A stretch of DNA of 64,000 bases from Nocardioides sp. (GCA_036265495.1 DATAOY010000087.1:3427-67426); one strand, 5' to 3'. Shown: positions 46,777-59,198, counted from the first letter of the stretch. Made by a program: numbers and translations. The notes: a model not told the origin generated them from the letters alone.

Positions 46777-47275
46777 GCGCCGGGGCAGTCGGCTGGACAC
46801 ACCCAAGGAGCAGCGCCGGACGCTGATCCCCACCCCGACGTACGACCGCGACGCGTTCGGGGTGTTCGCCGAGCAGTTCGCGCGGTTCATGGGCACCGCC
46901 CGGTTCCTGATGTGGATGACGGTCGTCGTCGTCTTCTGGGTCGGCTGGAACACCTTGGCGCCGCGCGACCTTCGGTTCGACGAGTACCCGTTCATCTTCC
47001 TCACCCTGGTCCTCAGCCTGCAGGCGTCGTACGCCGCGCCGCTGATCCTGCTCGCCCAGAACCGCCAGGAGTCGCGCGACAAGGTGATCGCCGAGCAGGA
47101 CCGCCAGGCCAACGCCCGCGCCCATGCGGACATGGAGTTCCTGGCACGCGAGGTGGCCTCCCTCCGGATGGCCGTCGGCGAGGTCGCCACCCGCGACTTC
47201 CTGCGCTCCGAGCTGCGCTCGCTGCGCGACGACCTGGTCGATGCGGACGACGACGAGGCGGCCACGTCGGCCTGA
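46769..47275 (+). CDS. DUF1003 membrane protein
   Basis: FDEYPFIFLTLVLSLQASYAAPLILLAQNRQ. Confidence 0.92.
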   Translation: MAERRGSRLDTPKEQRRTLIPTPTYDRDAFGVFAEQFARFMGTARFLMWMTVVVVFWVGWNTLAPRDLRFDEYPFIFLTLVLSLQASYAAPLILLAQNRQESRDKVIAEQDRQANARAHADMEFLAREVASLRMAVGEVATRDFLRSELRSLRDDLVDADDDEAATSA

Positions 47276-47302
47276 CCTACCGCCCCGTAGAATCGCAGCA
47301 TC

Positions 47303-48457
47303 ATGTCGACCCCTGACGTCGCGCGGCTGACCGCCGCCCTGGCCACCGTCCACGATCCCGAGATCAAGCGGCCGATCACCGAGCTGGGCATGGTCGACCA
47401 CCTGGAGATCGACGACGCCGGGCTGGTGCGGGTGACCGTGCTGCTGACGGTGTCGGGCTGTCCGCTCAAGGACACCATCGACCGCGACGTACGACGCGCG
47501 CTGGGCGAGGTCGACGGGGTGACCGGGGTCGAGCTGACGCTCGGGACGATGACCGACGAGCAGCGGGCCGAGCTGCAGCAGACCCTGCGGGGCGGCCAGG
47601 CGCCCAAGGAGATCCCGTTCTCGCAGCCCGGATCGCTGACGAAGGTGTTCGCGATCGCCAGCGGCAAGGGAGGCGTCGGCAAGTCGTCGGTGACGGTCAA
47701 CCTGGCGCTGGCGCTGGCGAAGGCCGGCCGCTCCGTCGGCATCGTCGACGCGGACGTCTACGGGCACTCGGTCCCGGCGATGCTCGGGATCGCCGACCAT
47801 CGCCCGACCCAGGTCGAGTCGATGATCATGCCGGTTCCGACGCCGTCGGGCGTCTCGGTGATCTCGATCGGCATGCTCAAGCCCCGCCGCGACCAGGTGG
47901 TGGCCTGGCGTGGGCCCATGCTCGACCGAGCCCTCGTGCAGATGCTGGCCGACGTCTACTGGGGTGACCTCGACGTGCTCATGCTTGATCTCCCGCCGGG
48001 TACCGGCGACATGGCGATCTCGCTCGGGCAGCACCTCCCGGGCGCCGAGATCGTCGTGGTCACCACACCGCAGGAGGCGGCTGCCGAGGTCGCGGAGCGG
48101 GCGGGGACGATGGCCTCGATGCTGCATCAGCGCGTGGTCGGCGTCGTCGAGAACATGAGCTACCTGGTCTGCCCCCACTGCGGCCCCGACCATCGGCTCG
48201 AGGTGTTCGGCAGCGGAGGTGGCGAGCGGGTCGCCAGGACCCTGACCGGCCGCTTCGGCTACGACGTACCCCTGCTCGGGCAGGTGCCGATCGAGGAGTC
48301 CCTCCGCGAGGGCGGCGACGTCGGCAAACCGGTGGTCGACTCCGACCCCACGTCCGGGGCCGCGCGCGTGCTGGCCTCGGTGGCCGAGCACCTCGACGCT
48401 CGCGGACGCGGTTTGGCAGGACGCCAGCTCGGGCTCACCCCCAGCGCTAAGTTCTGA
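47303..48457 (+). CDS. mrp: Mrp/NBP35 Fe-S carrier ATPase
   Basis: DPEI, GCP, SGKGGVGKS, WRGPML, DLPPGTGD and VENMS..CPHC motifs. Confidence 0.95.
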   Translation: MSTPDVARLTAALATVHDPEIKRPITELGMVDHLEIDDAGLVRVTVLLTVSGCPLKDTIDRDVRRALGEVDGVTGVELTLGTMTDEQRAELQQTLRGGQAPKEIPFSQPGSLTKVFAIASGKGGVGKSSVTVNLALALAKAGRSVGIVDADVYGHSVPAMLGIADHRPTQVESMIMPVPTPSGVSVISIGMLKPRRDQVVAWRGPMLDRALVQMLADVYWGDLDVLMLDLPPGTGDMAISLGQHLPGAEIVVVTTPQEAAAEVAERAGTMASMLHQRVVGVVENMSYLVCPHCGPDHRLEVFGSGGGERVARTLTGRFGYDVPLLGQVPIEESLREGGDVGKPVVDSDPTSGAARVLASVAEHLDARGRGLAGRQLGLTPSAKF

Positions 48458-48459
48458 AG

Positions 48460-48789
48460 ATGTTCGGAGTCGGACTGCCCGAGCTGGCGGTGATCGCGTT
48501 CGTCGCCGTGCTCGTGTTCGGTCCCGACAAGCTGCCCGAGTTCGCCCGCCAGGCCGGACGACTGGCGCGGCAGGTGCGTGGCTTCGCCAACCAGGCGCGC
48601 GACGAGCTGCGAGAGGAGCTCGGCCCGGAGTACGCCGACCTGGACCTGCGCGACCTCGACCCCCGCGCGATCGTCAAGAAGCACATCTACGAGGCCATGA
48701 ACGAGGACATGAACGAGGACGACCCGCGCCAGAACGTCGTCCCCCTCGCGGCCGGCGAGCCGCCACCGTTCGACGTAGACGCGACCTGA
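48460..48789 (+). CDS. tatB: Sec-independent translocase subunit TatB
   Basis: MFGVGLPE..VFGPDKLP and C-terminal FDVDAT. Confidence 0.88.
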   Translation: MFGVGLPELAVIAFVAVLVFGPDKLPEFARQAGRLARQVRGFANQARDELREELGPEYADLDLRDLDPRAIVKKHIYEAMNEDMNEDDPRQNVVPLAAGEPPPFDVDAT

Positions 48790-48832
48790 GACCGCGACGA
48801 AGAGGCGGCCCAGGTCGCGTCGGAGTCATCGA

Positions 48833-48861
48833 CACGAGATCCCGCGAAGCGGGAGGTCGTG
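48833..48861. terminator. Stem-loop between convergent genes
   Basis: CACGA-ga-TCCCGC-gaa-GCGGGA-gg-TCGTG. Confidence 0.5.
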
Positions 48862-48871
48862 GCCGTCCGCC

Positions 48872-49405
48872 TCAGTCCCTGCTCTGCACCGCGGCCAGCG
48901 TCTCCCGGGCCACCAGCACCACCCGCCCCTCCCCCACCTTCACCTCGGCGAAGTCCGCGCCCACGCGTGCGAGCACGCCATCGCGCGCCGTGCCGTCGAC
49001 GGCGTGGAGGCGGCAGGGCACCGCGGTGTCCGCGAGCCGCCGGAGCGCCGACCCGAGCCCCAGCCGGCTCACCGGTGACCATGCGACCTCCGGGACCGAG
49101 CGGGCGGACGCACCCTCGACCCCCTTGACCGCGGCCAGCCGGACCACCCAGTCCTGGGCGGACCCGTGCACCAGGCACCAGTCGGGTCCCACCCGGCGCA
49201 CCCGCCCCGAGACCGGACCGACACCGAGGAGGTCGAGGCTCACCTCCTCGTCGACCGACGCCATCAGCCGGCTGACCAGGGGGACCGCGGCGTACTCGGA
49301 TCTGCTGCGGTCGGCCAGCTCGCCGGCGCGATCGGCGTCGTACAGGGCCTGAGCCTGCTGCTCGAGGTCGTCCAGGATCGCGAACAGCTGCTCGTCCCAG
49401 TCCAC
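48872..49405 (-). CDS. Conserved actinobacterial hypothetical protein
   Basis: Begins (M)DWDEQLFAILDDLEQQ and contains VGPDW and VGADF. Divergent from the LysM gene. Confidence 0.75.
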   Translation of the reverse strand: MDWDEQLFAILDDLEQQAQALYDADRAGELADRSRSEYAAVPLVSRLMASVDEEVSLDLLGVGPVSGRVRRVGPDWCLVHGSAQDWVVRLAAVKGVEGASARSVPEVAWSPVSRLGLGSALRRLADTAVPCRLHAVDGTARDGVLARVGADFAEVKVGEGRVVLVARETLAAVQSRD

Positions 49406-49413
49406 CCGGCCAC

Positions 49414-49449
49414 CCTGCCACGCCGCCTGCCACGCCGCCTGCCACGCCG
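49414..49449. repeat. 12-bp tandem repeat CCTGCCACGCCG x3
   Basis: Three exact copies just upstream of the 49405 start codon. Confidence 0.85.
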
Positions 49450-49562
49450 CCGCATGACGAGGGCCCGCGCTGCCGCGTCCACAGCCGCCCGAACACCCTC
49501 TTGCCAAACGTTCGAAACAGGCTTTGACTAACTCAAACAGATGTAAACGAAAGGTTTTTGCG

Positions 49563-50306
49563 GTGCTTCTCGGGGACCGCGGCAGCCGGTGCCGCTGCCT
49601 GTTCGTCTGGGCGTCGGGGACGTCGACCGTCGTCGGTCTCGTGCTGGTCCTGCGACCGGAGCCGGGCCCGGCCCGGGACGTGCGGGGGCCGTTCGACACG
49701 CTGCCGTTGGACCAGGCCCTCGCCGACCTGGCCGCCGTCGTGCTCGTCGCCTGCGCCGCCTGGGGCTGGCTGGCCCTCACCGCCACGGTCGTCGAGGCCT
49801 GGCGCGGGGTGAGCCCGGCGCGGCGCCGACCCTGGCATCCGCCCGCGGGGGTACGCCGTGCCCTGCTGACCGCATGCGGGGTCGCGCTGACCACGACCGC
49901 CGCCGCGCCGGCTCTGGCGACCGACGCCGGCCAGGCCCACCACGCTTCCCACCATCCGCGGGCCCGGCTCGGCGCGGCTCTGCTGGACGGTCTGCCACTG
50001 CCCGAGCGCGCCGTCGCACCGTCCGGCTCTCCAGCTCGTCCGGCACCGGCCTCACGCGCCCCGCGGCCCCGCGTCCCGGTACGCCGCGTCCTGGTGAAGC
50101 CGGGCGACTGCCTGTGGTCGATCGCCGCCCGCGATCTCGGTCCCGGGGCCTCCGCGTCCGCCATCGACGCGCGCTGGCGAGCGATCTATGCCGCCAACCA
50201 CACCCTGATCGGTCCCGACCCGGGCCTGGTCGAGCCGGGGCAACGGCTCCGCATCCCAGCGCCACGGCTCCCAGCCACCGAGCACTCGGGAAAGGACGCG
50301 TCATGA
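49563..50306 (+). CDS. Membrane-anchored LysM domain protein
   Basis: TMs and a C-terminal VKPGDCLWSIA...IYAAN...PGQRL. GAAAGG RBS before the GTG at 49563. Confidence 0.85.
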   Translation: MLLGDRGSRCRCLFVWASGTSTVVGLVLVLRPEPGPARDVRGPFDTLPLDQALADLAAVVLVACAAWGWLALTATVVEAWRGVSPARRRPWHPPAGVRRALLTACGVALTTTAAAPALATDAGQAHHASHHPRARLGAALLDGLPLPERAVAPSGSPARPAPASRAPRPRVPVRRVLVKPGDCLWSIAARDLGPGASASAIDARWRAIYAANHTLIGPDPGLVEPGQRLRIPAPRLPATEHSGKDAS

Positions 50307-50887
50307 CCCGTGCACCCCGGTCCGGTGTCTCCGGGTCCGCGGTCTCCGAGTCCGGAGACTCCAGGTCCCTGCTCGATGACGCCCAGGTGGTCCGACTCCC
50401 GGTGGCACCGGCGACCCCGGTGGCCAGCGTGCAGGGGACGCTCGCGCTCGACCTGGGCCCGAGGCTCGACGTACCCCAACCGGACCTGTCGGGCAGGCCC
50501 CGCGGCGCCGGGCTCGACGTGGTGCCGGTCGACCTGGTGCGACGGCGCCGGTTCGAGCAGCACGCCGCCCGGATCGGCGCTGCGGTGGTGGAGATCGTCG
50601 GTGGCGACCGGCCGGTCTCGCAGCTCCTGCGGTGGACGACGCCGGAGGTCTACCAGGACCTCGCGCGCCGGGCACACCTGGTGGCCGGTGCCGTGGGCCG
50701 GCGGGCGGGCTCCGGTGGCGTCCAGTCCGTCCGGCCACAGCTGGTCGCGGCCCACATCAGCTTCGTGTCCGAGCGGTGTGCGGAGGTCAGCCTGCACGTG
50801 CGCTACGGCCAGCGCTCCCGCGCGGTCGCGGCCAGGTTCGAGCTGATCCGCGACCGGTGGCAGGTGTCGGCGCTCGAGTTCGCCTGA
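50303..50887 (+). CDS. Rv3235-family (DUF6459-like) protein
   Basis: QGTLALDL, GDRPVSQLLRW and RSRAVAARFE..RWQ motifs. ATGA overlap. Confidence 0.82.
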   Translation: MTRAPRSGVSGSAVSESGDSRSLLDDAQVVRLPVAPATPVASVQGTLALDLGPRLDVPQPDLSGRPRGAGLDVVPVDLVRRRRFEQHAARIGAAVVEIVGGDRPVSQLLRWTTPEVYQDLARRAHLVAGAVGRRAGSGGVQSVRPQLVAAHISFVSERCAEVSLHVRYGQRSRAVAARFELIRDRWQVSALEFA

Positions 50888-50968
50888 GCAGGCGAGAAGG
50901 CCTGCCCGGGAGACGACGGCACGCTGAGCCGGCGAAGCCGGGCCAGGCGAGTCGTCACCCGGTCACGG

Positions 50969-53857
<2,889 letters not shown>

Positions 53858-53941
53858 GGGTGACTCCCCGATTCGTGTACGTCGGATGAACGCGTCAACT
53901 CTACCCAGCGGCGCGAACCCGGCCGATTCCTCGGCGAGCCG

Positions 53942-55168
53942 TCAGGCGACCAGGGTGGAGAGCGCCGGGGCCAGGTCGCCACGCGGCTCGACGACCACGG
54001 TGTGGAGGCCGAGCCAGTCGGCGAGCCGCTCCAGCTCGAGCGCCAGCTGCTCGCTGGTCTCGTCCGGCGCCCCGGGCTCGGCGTACGCGGCCTTGACCAG
54101 CAGGAGCCCGGTCTTGCGGTCGGCCTTGAGGTCGACCCGGCCGACGATCCGGTCGCCGAGGAGGAAGGGCAGGACGTAGTAGCCGTGGATGCGCTTCTCC
54201 ACCGGGGTGTAGATCTCGATCCGGTAGAAGAAGTCGAAGAGCGCCTCGGTGCGCTCGCGCTCCCAGACCACCGGGTCGAACGGACTCAGCAGCGTGCGCG
54301 CGCCGACACGACGCGGAACGCGGGCGTCGCGGTGGAGGTACGCCGGTCGCTTGACGCCCTCGACGGTGACCGGCAGCAGCTCACCCTCCGCGACGAGCTC
54401 GTCGATGGCGTCCTGGGCGGCGTGGAGACCGGCCTTGGGCTGGAGCCGCATCCGGTAGTAGTCGGCCAGGTCTCGCGCGGTCCCGACACCGTGCGAGCGG
54501 GCGGCACGGCGGATCAGCTCCTTGTTCGCCTCGGCCTCGGTGGGCGCCGGCCGCTCGAGGTGCTCGCGCGGGATCACCCGCTCGGGGAGGTCGTAGCGGA
54601 TCTCGAACTGGCTGTTCCGGCCGGCGATCGCGACGTCGCCCACCATGAACATGTAGTCGAGGGCGCGCCGGGTCGTCGACCAGTTCCAGCCCCAGTGCAC
54701 CTTCTTCCGCGGCAGCCCGTCGTCGAGGTCACGAGCGGTCGAGGCGCCGCGGTCGGCGATCTCCGCGAGCAGGCTGTCGGTCAGCTCGTCGGTGATGACG
54801 CTGCCCCACCACTTGTGGCGGCCGTCGCGGTAGCGGGCCATCCGGTGGCGCATCACCGGCCACAGGTCGACCGGCATGAACGCCTGGACGTGCGCCCAGT
54901 ACTCGACCATCCGCCGTGGCCGGGCCTCCGACGCGCGGCGCACCAGGTCGACGTCGTAGGGGCCCATGCGTGCGTAGAGCGGCATGTAGTGGGCCCGCTG
55001 CAGCACGTTGACCGAGTCGACCTGGAGCACGCCGGTGCGGTCCAGCGTGCGCGAGAGGGTGCGCATCGTCGGCGGCGTGTGGGGTGGGTCGAGGAAGCCC
55101 TGGGCCGCCAGCGCGACGCGGCGCGCCTGGGCCTGCGAGAGCGACGCGCGAGGGGTCGGGGAACGCAC
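53942..55168 (-). CDS. YcaQ/AlkZ-family (HTH_42) DNA glycosylase
   Basis: LQVDSVNV (QxD, YcaQ-like), LLSPFD, YRIEIY and GYYVLP. TAGGTT -10 before the GTG. Confidence 0.88.
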   Translation of the reverse strand: MRSPTPRASLSQAQARRVALAAQGFLDPPHTPPTMRTLSRTLDRTGVLQVDSVNVLQRAHYMPLYARMGPYDVDLVRRASEARPRRMVEYWAHVQAFMPVDLWPVMRHRMARYRDGRHKWWGSVITDELTDSLLAEIADRGASTARDLDDGLPRKKVHWGWNWSTTRRALDYMFMVGDVAIAGRNSQFEIRYDLPERVIPREHLERPAPTEAEANKELIRRAARSHGVGTARDLADYYRMRLQPKAGLHAAQDAIDELVAEGELLPVTVEGVKRPAYLHRDARVPRRVGARTLLSPFDPVVWERERTEALFDFFYRIEIYTPVEKRIHGYYVLPFLLGDRIVGRVDLKADRKTGLLLVKAAYAEPGAPDETSEQLALELERLADWLGLHTVVVEPRGDLAPALSTLVA

Positions 55169-55301
55169 GGAGGCGAACCTAGCGGGGCCCACGGACAGAC
55201 TCGGGTCCGGTCGGCATCCGGTGTCGTCCGCAAGGATGATTTTCGCCCGGCCGAGCCATTTGCGCTGGCCCCGCCGGACGAGGACCCCACAGAATTCCAG
55301 G

Positions 55302-57254
55302 ATGCAGAACCGGGGGGAGCCGGACGAACGACGGCGGGGCAGTGCTCTGGGCAGTGCCCTGCGCAGTGCCCTGGGCAGACGGCTGGCCGGGCGGGTCACC
55401 GCGACCACGGCCGCACTGGCGCTCGCGGGAACGGCCGTGGTGATGATGGGCCAGGGCCGGTCCGGCACGACCCTCGAGGCGGCGGCCGACGGCGCCGGCG
55501 CCCAGACGACCGCGCCGAACTCGGCCACGATCCACATCCTCGGCATCAGCCAGGGGTTCAGCCCCAAGGTCACCCCCGTCGCCAAGGGCGGCACCCTGAC
55601 CATCGTCAACGACGACCCGGACCACTTCACCCACAGCATCACCTCGAACGCGATCGGGCCAAGCGGCAAGCCGCTGTTCGACGTGGTGGTCAAGCCCGGG
55701 GCCACCCGGAGCGTGCCGATCTCGACGCTCGGTGGCGGCACCTACACCTACGTCTGCCGGTTCCACGGTCAGATGAAGGGCACGCTGGTCATCGACGGCC
55801 CACCGGACGGCCAGATCAGCAACGTCCCGAAGTTCCAGCAGCCGCTCGTCCAGCCGCCACGGCTGCACGGCAGGCACATCAGGATCGTGATGCGGAAGGC
55901 CAAGGTGCGGGTCCTCCCCCACGGCCCCCGGACGCGGATGCTGACCTTCGGTGGCTCCTTCCCCGGGCCGACGATCGTGCGTCGCACCGGGCGGGACACG
56001 AAGGTCACCTTCGTCAACCACCTGCCCCGCAAGGACGGCTCGGTCACCATCCACCAGCATGGCGGGCACCAGCGGTCGAAGGACGACGGCCAGCCCGCGG
56101 CGTACCTGATCAAGCACGGCAGGAAGCGCACCTACGACTTCCCGCTCCGTGACGGCGGCACACCGCTGCCGGCGGCGCTGCGCTTCTACCACGACCACCG
56201 GATGGACAAGACGGCGCGGAACAACTGGTTCGGGCTGCAGGGGATGTTCTTGACCACCGACCCGCGCGAGCGCCGGCTCGGGCTGCCGAAGCGGAAGTAC
56301 GACATCCCGCTGGCGGTCACCGACCGCACCTTCCGCAAGAACAACAGCCTGACGAACCCGTTCCGCCGGATGGCCCGCGAGATGAGCGGAGCGATGGCCA
56401 ACGACCCGTCCATGTCCGGCATGGCCAGAGCGGCCAAGCCCGGCATGGAGACGGTCGGGCAGCAGGTGCTGGTGAACGGACGGTTCGCGCCGTACAAGAG
56501 AGTGCGCCCCGGACGGTACCGGCTGCAGATCCTGAACTCGTCGCTGTTCTCCAGCTACGACTTCGCGCTCTCCAACGGCAGGCCCTTCACCCAGATCGGG
56601 ACCGGCTCGGGCTTGCTGCCCCACCCGGTGGTGAGGCCCGACATCCTGCTGGGCCCCGCTCAGCGGGCCGACGTCGTCGTCGACTTCCGCGGCCTGGCCG
56701 GCACGAAGGTGCTGCTGTCCTCGATCCCGCGCACGGACGGCTCACCCAACGGCACCGGCAGTCGCGAGGCTGCACTCATGCAGTTCCGGGTGCGCGGAAA
56801 GCCCGCCCCCAAGGCCAGGATCCCCTTCTCCCTGGCGTCGATCCGGCACCTGCACGTGCCGAGGAAGACCGCCAAGGTCTGGAGGTTCGGGCTCAGCAAG
56901 GACCGCCGCGGCTCCTACTGGTCGATCAACGGCAAGCGCTTCAACCCCCGCCGCGTCGACCACAAGGTGGCGCTCGGGTCGACCGAGCGCTGGAAGCTGG
57001 TCAACACCAGCCCGTTCACCCACTTCGTGCACCTGCACGAGGAGCTGTGGCGGACGCTGAAGCGCGACGGACATGCACCGCCGCCGTGGGAGCGGGGCTA
57101 CGAGGACACCTGGCGCCTGGACCCCGGCGAGAGCGTCGTGGTCGCCGCCAGGTTCACCGACTACACCGGGAAGTTCATGATCCACTGCCACATGCTCGAC
57201 CATGAGGACGACGGCATGATGGCGACGTTCCAGGTGGTCGAGCGGAAGCACTGA
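55302..57254 (+). CDS. Secreted multicopper oxidase with extra N-terminal cupredoxin domain
   Basis: HQHG, YHDH, HFVHLH and HCHMLDHEDDGMM motifs, plus N-terminal H...YVCRFHGQM. Start codon uncertain. Confidence 0.9.
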   Translation: MQNRGEPDERRRGSALGSALRSALGRRLAGRVTATTAALALAGTAVVMMGQGRSGTTLEAAADGAGAQTTAPNSATIHILGISQGFSPKVTPVAKGGTLTIVNDDPDHFTHSITSNAIGPSGKPLFDVVVKPGATRSVPISTLGGGTYTYVCRFHGQMKGTLVIDGPPDGQISNVPKFQQPLVQPPRLHGRHIRIVMRKAKVRVLPHGPRTRMLTFGGSFPGPTIVRRTGRDTKVTFVNHLPRKDGSVTIHQHGGHQRSKDDGQPAAYLIKHGRKRTYDFPLRDGGTPLPAALRFYHDHRMDKTARNNWFGLQGMFLTTDPRERRLGLPKRKYDIPLAVTDRTFRKNNSLTNPFRRMAREMSGAMANDPSMSGMARAAKPGMETVGQQVLVNGRFAPYKRVRPGRYRLQILNSSLFSSYDFALSNGRPFTQIGTGSGLLPHPVVRPDILLGPAQRADVVVDFRGLAGTKVLLSSIPRTDGSPNGTGSREAALMQFRVRGKPAPKARIPFSLASIRHLHVPRKTAKVWRFGLSKDRRGSYWSINGKRFNPRRVDHKVALGSTERWKLVNTSPFTHFVHLHEELWRTLKRDGHAPPPWERGYEDTWRLDPGESVVVAARFTDYTGKFMIHCHMLDHEDDGMMATFQVVERKH

Positions 57255-57334
57255 CTCCGTGGGTCGAGCGTGTCGAGACCACGGCCATGAGGTCCTGCAC
57301 GGCGTCACCCGAGAGGTTCGACGCGCCGTCGCGC

Positions 57335-58015
57335 CTAGGGCAGGTCCACGATCTTCTCGCGTACGGCGTACAGCACCGCCTCCATGCGCGAGTGGAGCTG
57401 GAGCTTCTCCAGCAGGTTGCGCACGTGGTTCTTCACGGTGTTCTCGCTGATGAAGAGCTTCTTGGCGATGTCCTTGTTGTTCAGGCCCTGGGCCACCAGG
57501 CGGAGCACCTCGAGCTCACGCTCGGTGAGCCGGAAGGTCGAGACCGGGCCGCGGTCGGGCTGGGACATCTGCTTGAACTCGTCGATCAGCTTGACCGCCA
57601 TCGACGGGCTGATCAGCGACTGGCCGTCGGCCACGACCCGGACCGCCTGCGCGACCTCCTCGATCGAGGAGTCCTTGAGCAGGTACCCGCTGGCTCCGCT
57701 CTTGACCGCCTCGTACAGGTCGGACTCCTCGTCGGAGACCGTGAGCATCAAGATCTTGGCGGCCGGGACGGCCTCCTTGATCGCCACGCAGGCCTCGATG
57801 CCGGAGATCTTGGGCATCCGTACGTCGAGCAGCACGACGTCCGGGGCGACCCGGCTGGCGAGCTCGATCCCGGTCTGACCGTCGCCCGCCTCGCCCACGA
57901 CGTCGAGACCGGGCTCGGCGTCCATGAGCATCGTCAGCCCGCGCCGGAACAGCTCCTGGTCGTCCACGATGATGACCCGGATCGGCTCCGTATCTGCGCC
58001 TGAGGGGAGAGACAC
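57335..58015 (-). CDS. NarL/LuxR-family response regulator
   Basis: VDD, LDVRMP and GYLLK motifs with HTH LTERELEV...TVKNH. Confidence 0.95.
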   Translation of the reverse strand: MSLPSGADTEPIRVIIVDDQELFRRGLTMLMDAEPGLDVVGEAGDGQTGIELASRVAPDVVLLDVRMPKISGIEACVAIKEAVPAAKILMLTVSDEESDLYEAVKSGASGYLLKDSSIEEVAQAVRVVADGQSLISPSMAVKLIDEFKQMSQPDRGPVSTFRLTERELEVLRLVAQGLNNKDIAKKLFISENTVKNHVRNLLEKLQLHSRMEAVLYAVREKIVDLP

Positions 58016-58107
58016 GCGCCTAGCATGTCACGACCGCGCGGCGGAATGGGCCGAAATGGCCATGGGCAGCCCCGAGCACGTGGCCCGTCCGGGTCATCGG
58101 CTCCTGA

Positions 58108-58716
58108 TCAGCTCGTGCCGTTCATGTCGAGTGCGATGACCCCGTAGTCATAGCCCCGGCGGCGGTAGACCACGGCCGGCCGCCGGGACTCCTGGTCGAC
58201 GAACAGGTAGAAGTCGTGACCGACCAGCTCCATCTCGTACAGCGCCTGGTCGAGCGTCATCGGACGCGCGGCGTGCACCTTCTCGCGCACGACCGGGGGG
58301 CCGTCGCCGGTCACGGTCATCGAGGCGACGGTGCGCTGCGGGACGGCGTCGTCGTCGGTCGTCTCCGGCTCGGTCATCGTCGGCAGCTCGCCGGTCGAGG
58401 GGCGGCTCCGGTAGGCACGGACCTTGCGGTCGTTGGCGCGGCGCATCTGGGCGGCCATCTTGTCGACGGCGAGGTCCAGTGCGCCCATCTTGTCGACGGC
58501 CGCGGCCTCGGCCCGGATCACCGGGCCCTTGGAGTACGCCGTCAGCTCGATCCGGACGGCTCGATCGGCCTGGCGGGGGTTGCGCTCGTTCTCGACCTCG
58601 ACCTGCACCCGCATGATCCGGTGGTCGTGCTTCTCGAGTCGGCCGAGCTTGTCGGCGACATGATCTCGGAAGCGCTCCGACAGCTCACAGTGCCGTCCGG
58701 TGACCACCACGTCCAT
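58108..58716 (-). CDS. hpf: Ribosome hibernation promoting factor (long HPF/RaiA)
   Basis: MDVVVTGRH..., EALYEM-like QALYEMELVGHDFYLF and VYRRRGYDYG. AGGAGG RBS. Confidence 0.95.
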   Translation of the reverse strand: MDVVVTGRHCELSERFRDHVADKLGRLEKHDHRIMRVQVEVENERNPRQADRAVRIELTAYSKGPVIRAEAAAVDKMGALDLAVDKMAAQMRRANDRKVRAYRSRPSTGELPTMTEPETTDDDAVPQRTVASMTVTGDGPPVVREKVHAARPMTLDQALYEMELVGHDFYLFVDQESRRPAVVYRRRGYDYGVIALDMNGTS

Positions 58717-58814
58717 GAATCCTCCTGATGTCCGCTTGCGGGTTACGAGGTCGTTGTCCCCCTTGCCGAGGGGGTCATCGATGCGGGGCTCGTCGGTGCG
58801 GGGCACGGCATGGA

Positions 58815-59115
58815 GGAGTCCGCCCGGCCGACCTGGTCTTCGTCCCCACACCCGCCTGCTGAGGGGGTCGCAGCTTGCGTGCCACTACTGCCCTTCTCCC
58901 GCAGGTCCTCGTGTACGACGAGGGCTGCAAGGCAGGACTTACGACTAAGCCGCACCGTGATCGGCGCACCACCGCGGACCATCCGGTTGAACGGATCGCC
59001 AGCGGGGAACGCCTTACGTGGGCCGTTTCGCCTGCGACTGGCATCGGCTAGCCGTCCCGGCGGCCCGGGAACCCGGGGCGCCTGGACGACGCAACCACGG
59101 ACCCGGACGGACTCC
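58815..59115 (-). ncRNA. raiA-motif RNA
   Basis: Terminal helix GGAGUCCGUCCGG/CCGGGCGGACUCC. Blocks matching the motif as I recall it: GUGGUUG, CGAUGCCAGUCGCAGGCGAAACG, CCACGUAAG, GGUGCGGCUUAG, GUAAGUCCUGCC, GUAGUG, CAGCAGGCGGGUGUGGGG, AAGACCAGGUC. Typical ComF-raiA position; TAGCGT -10 at 59129-59124. Confidence 0.9.
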
Positions 59116-59198
59116 ATGGTCCGACGCTAGCCCGTGGCCGGTCATCACGGAACCGGAATCCGGCCGTGCGGGCCACCGGATCGTCGCGACCCTCCGGC

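Noticed and set aside
58743-59130. Short ORFs across the hpf upstream region
   Set aside because: The region is better explained by the raiA ncRNA, and the peptides have no recognisable features.
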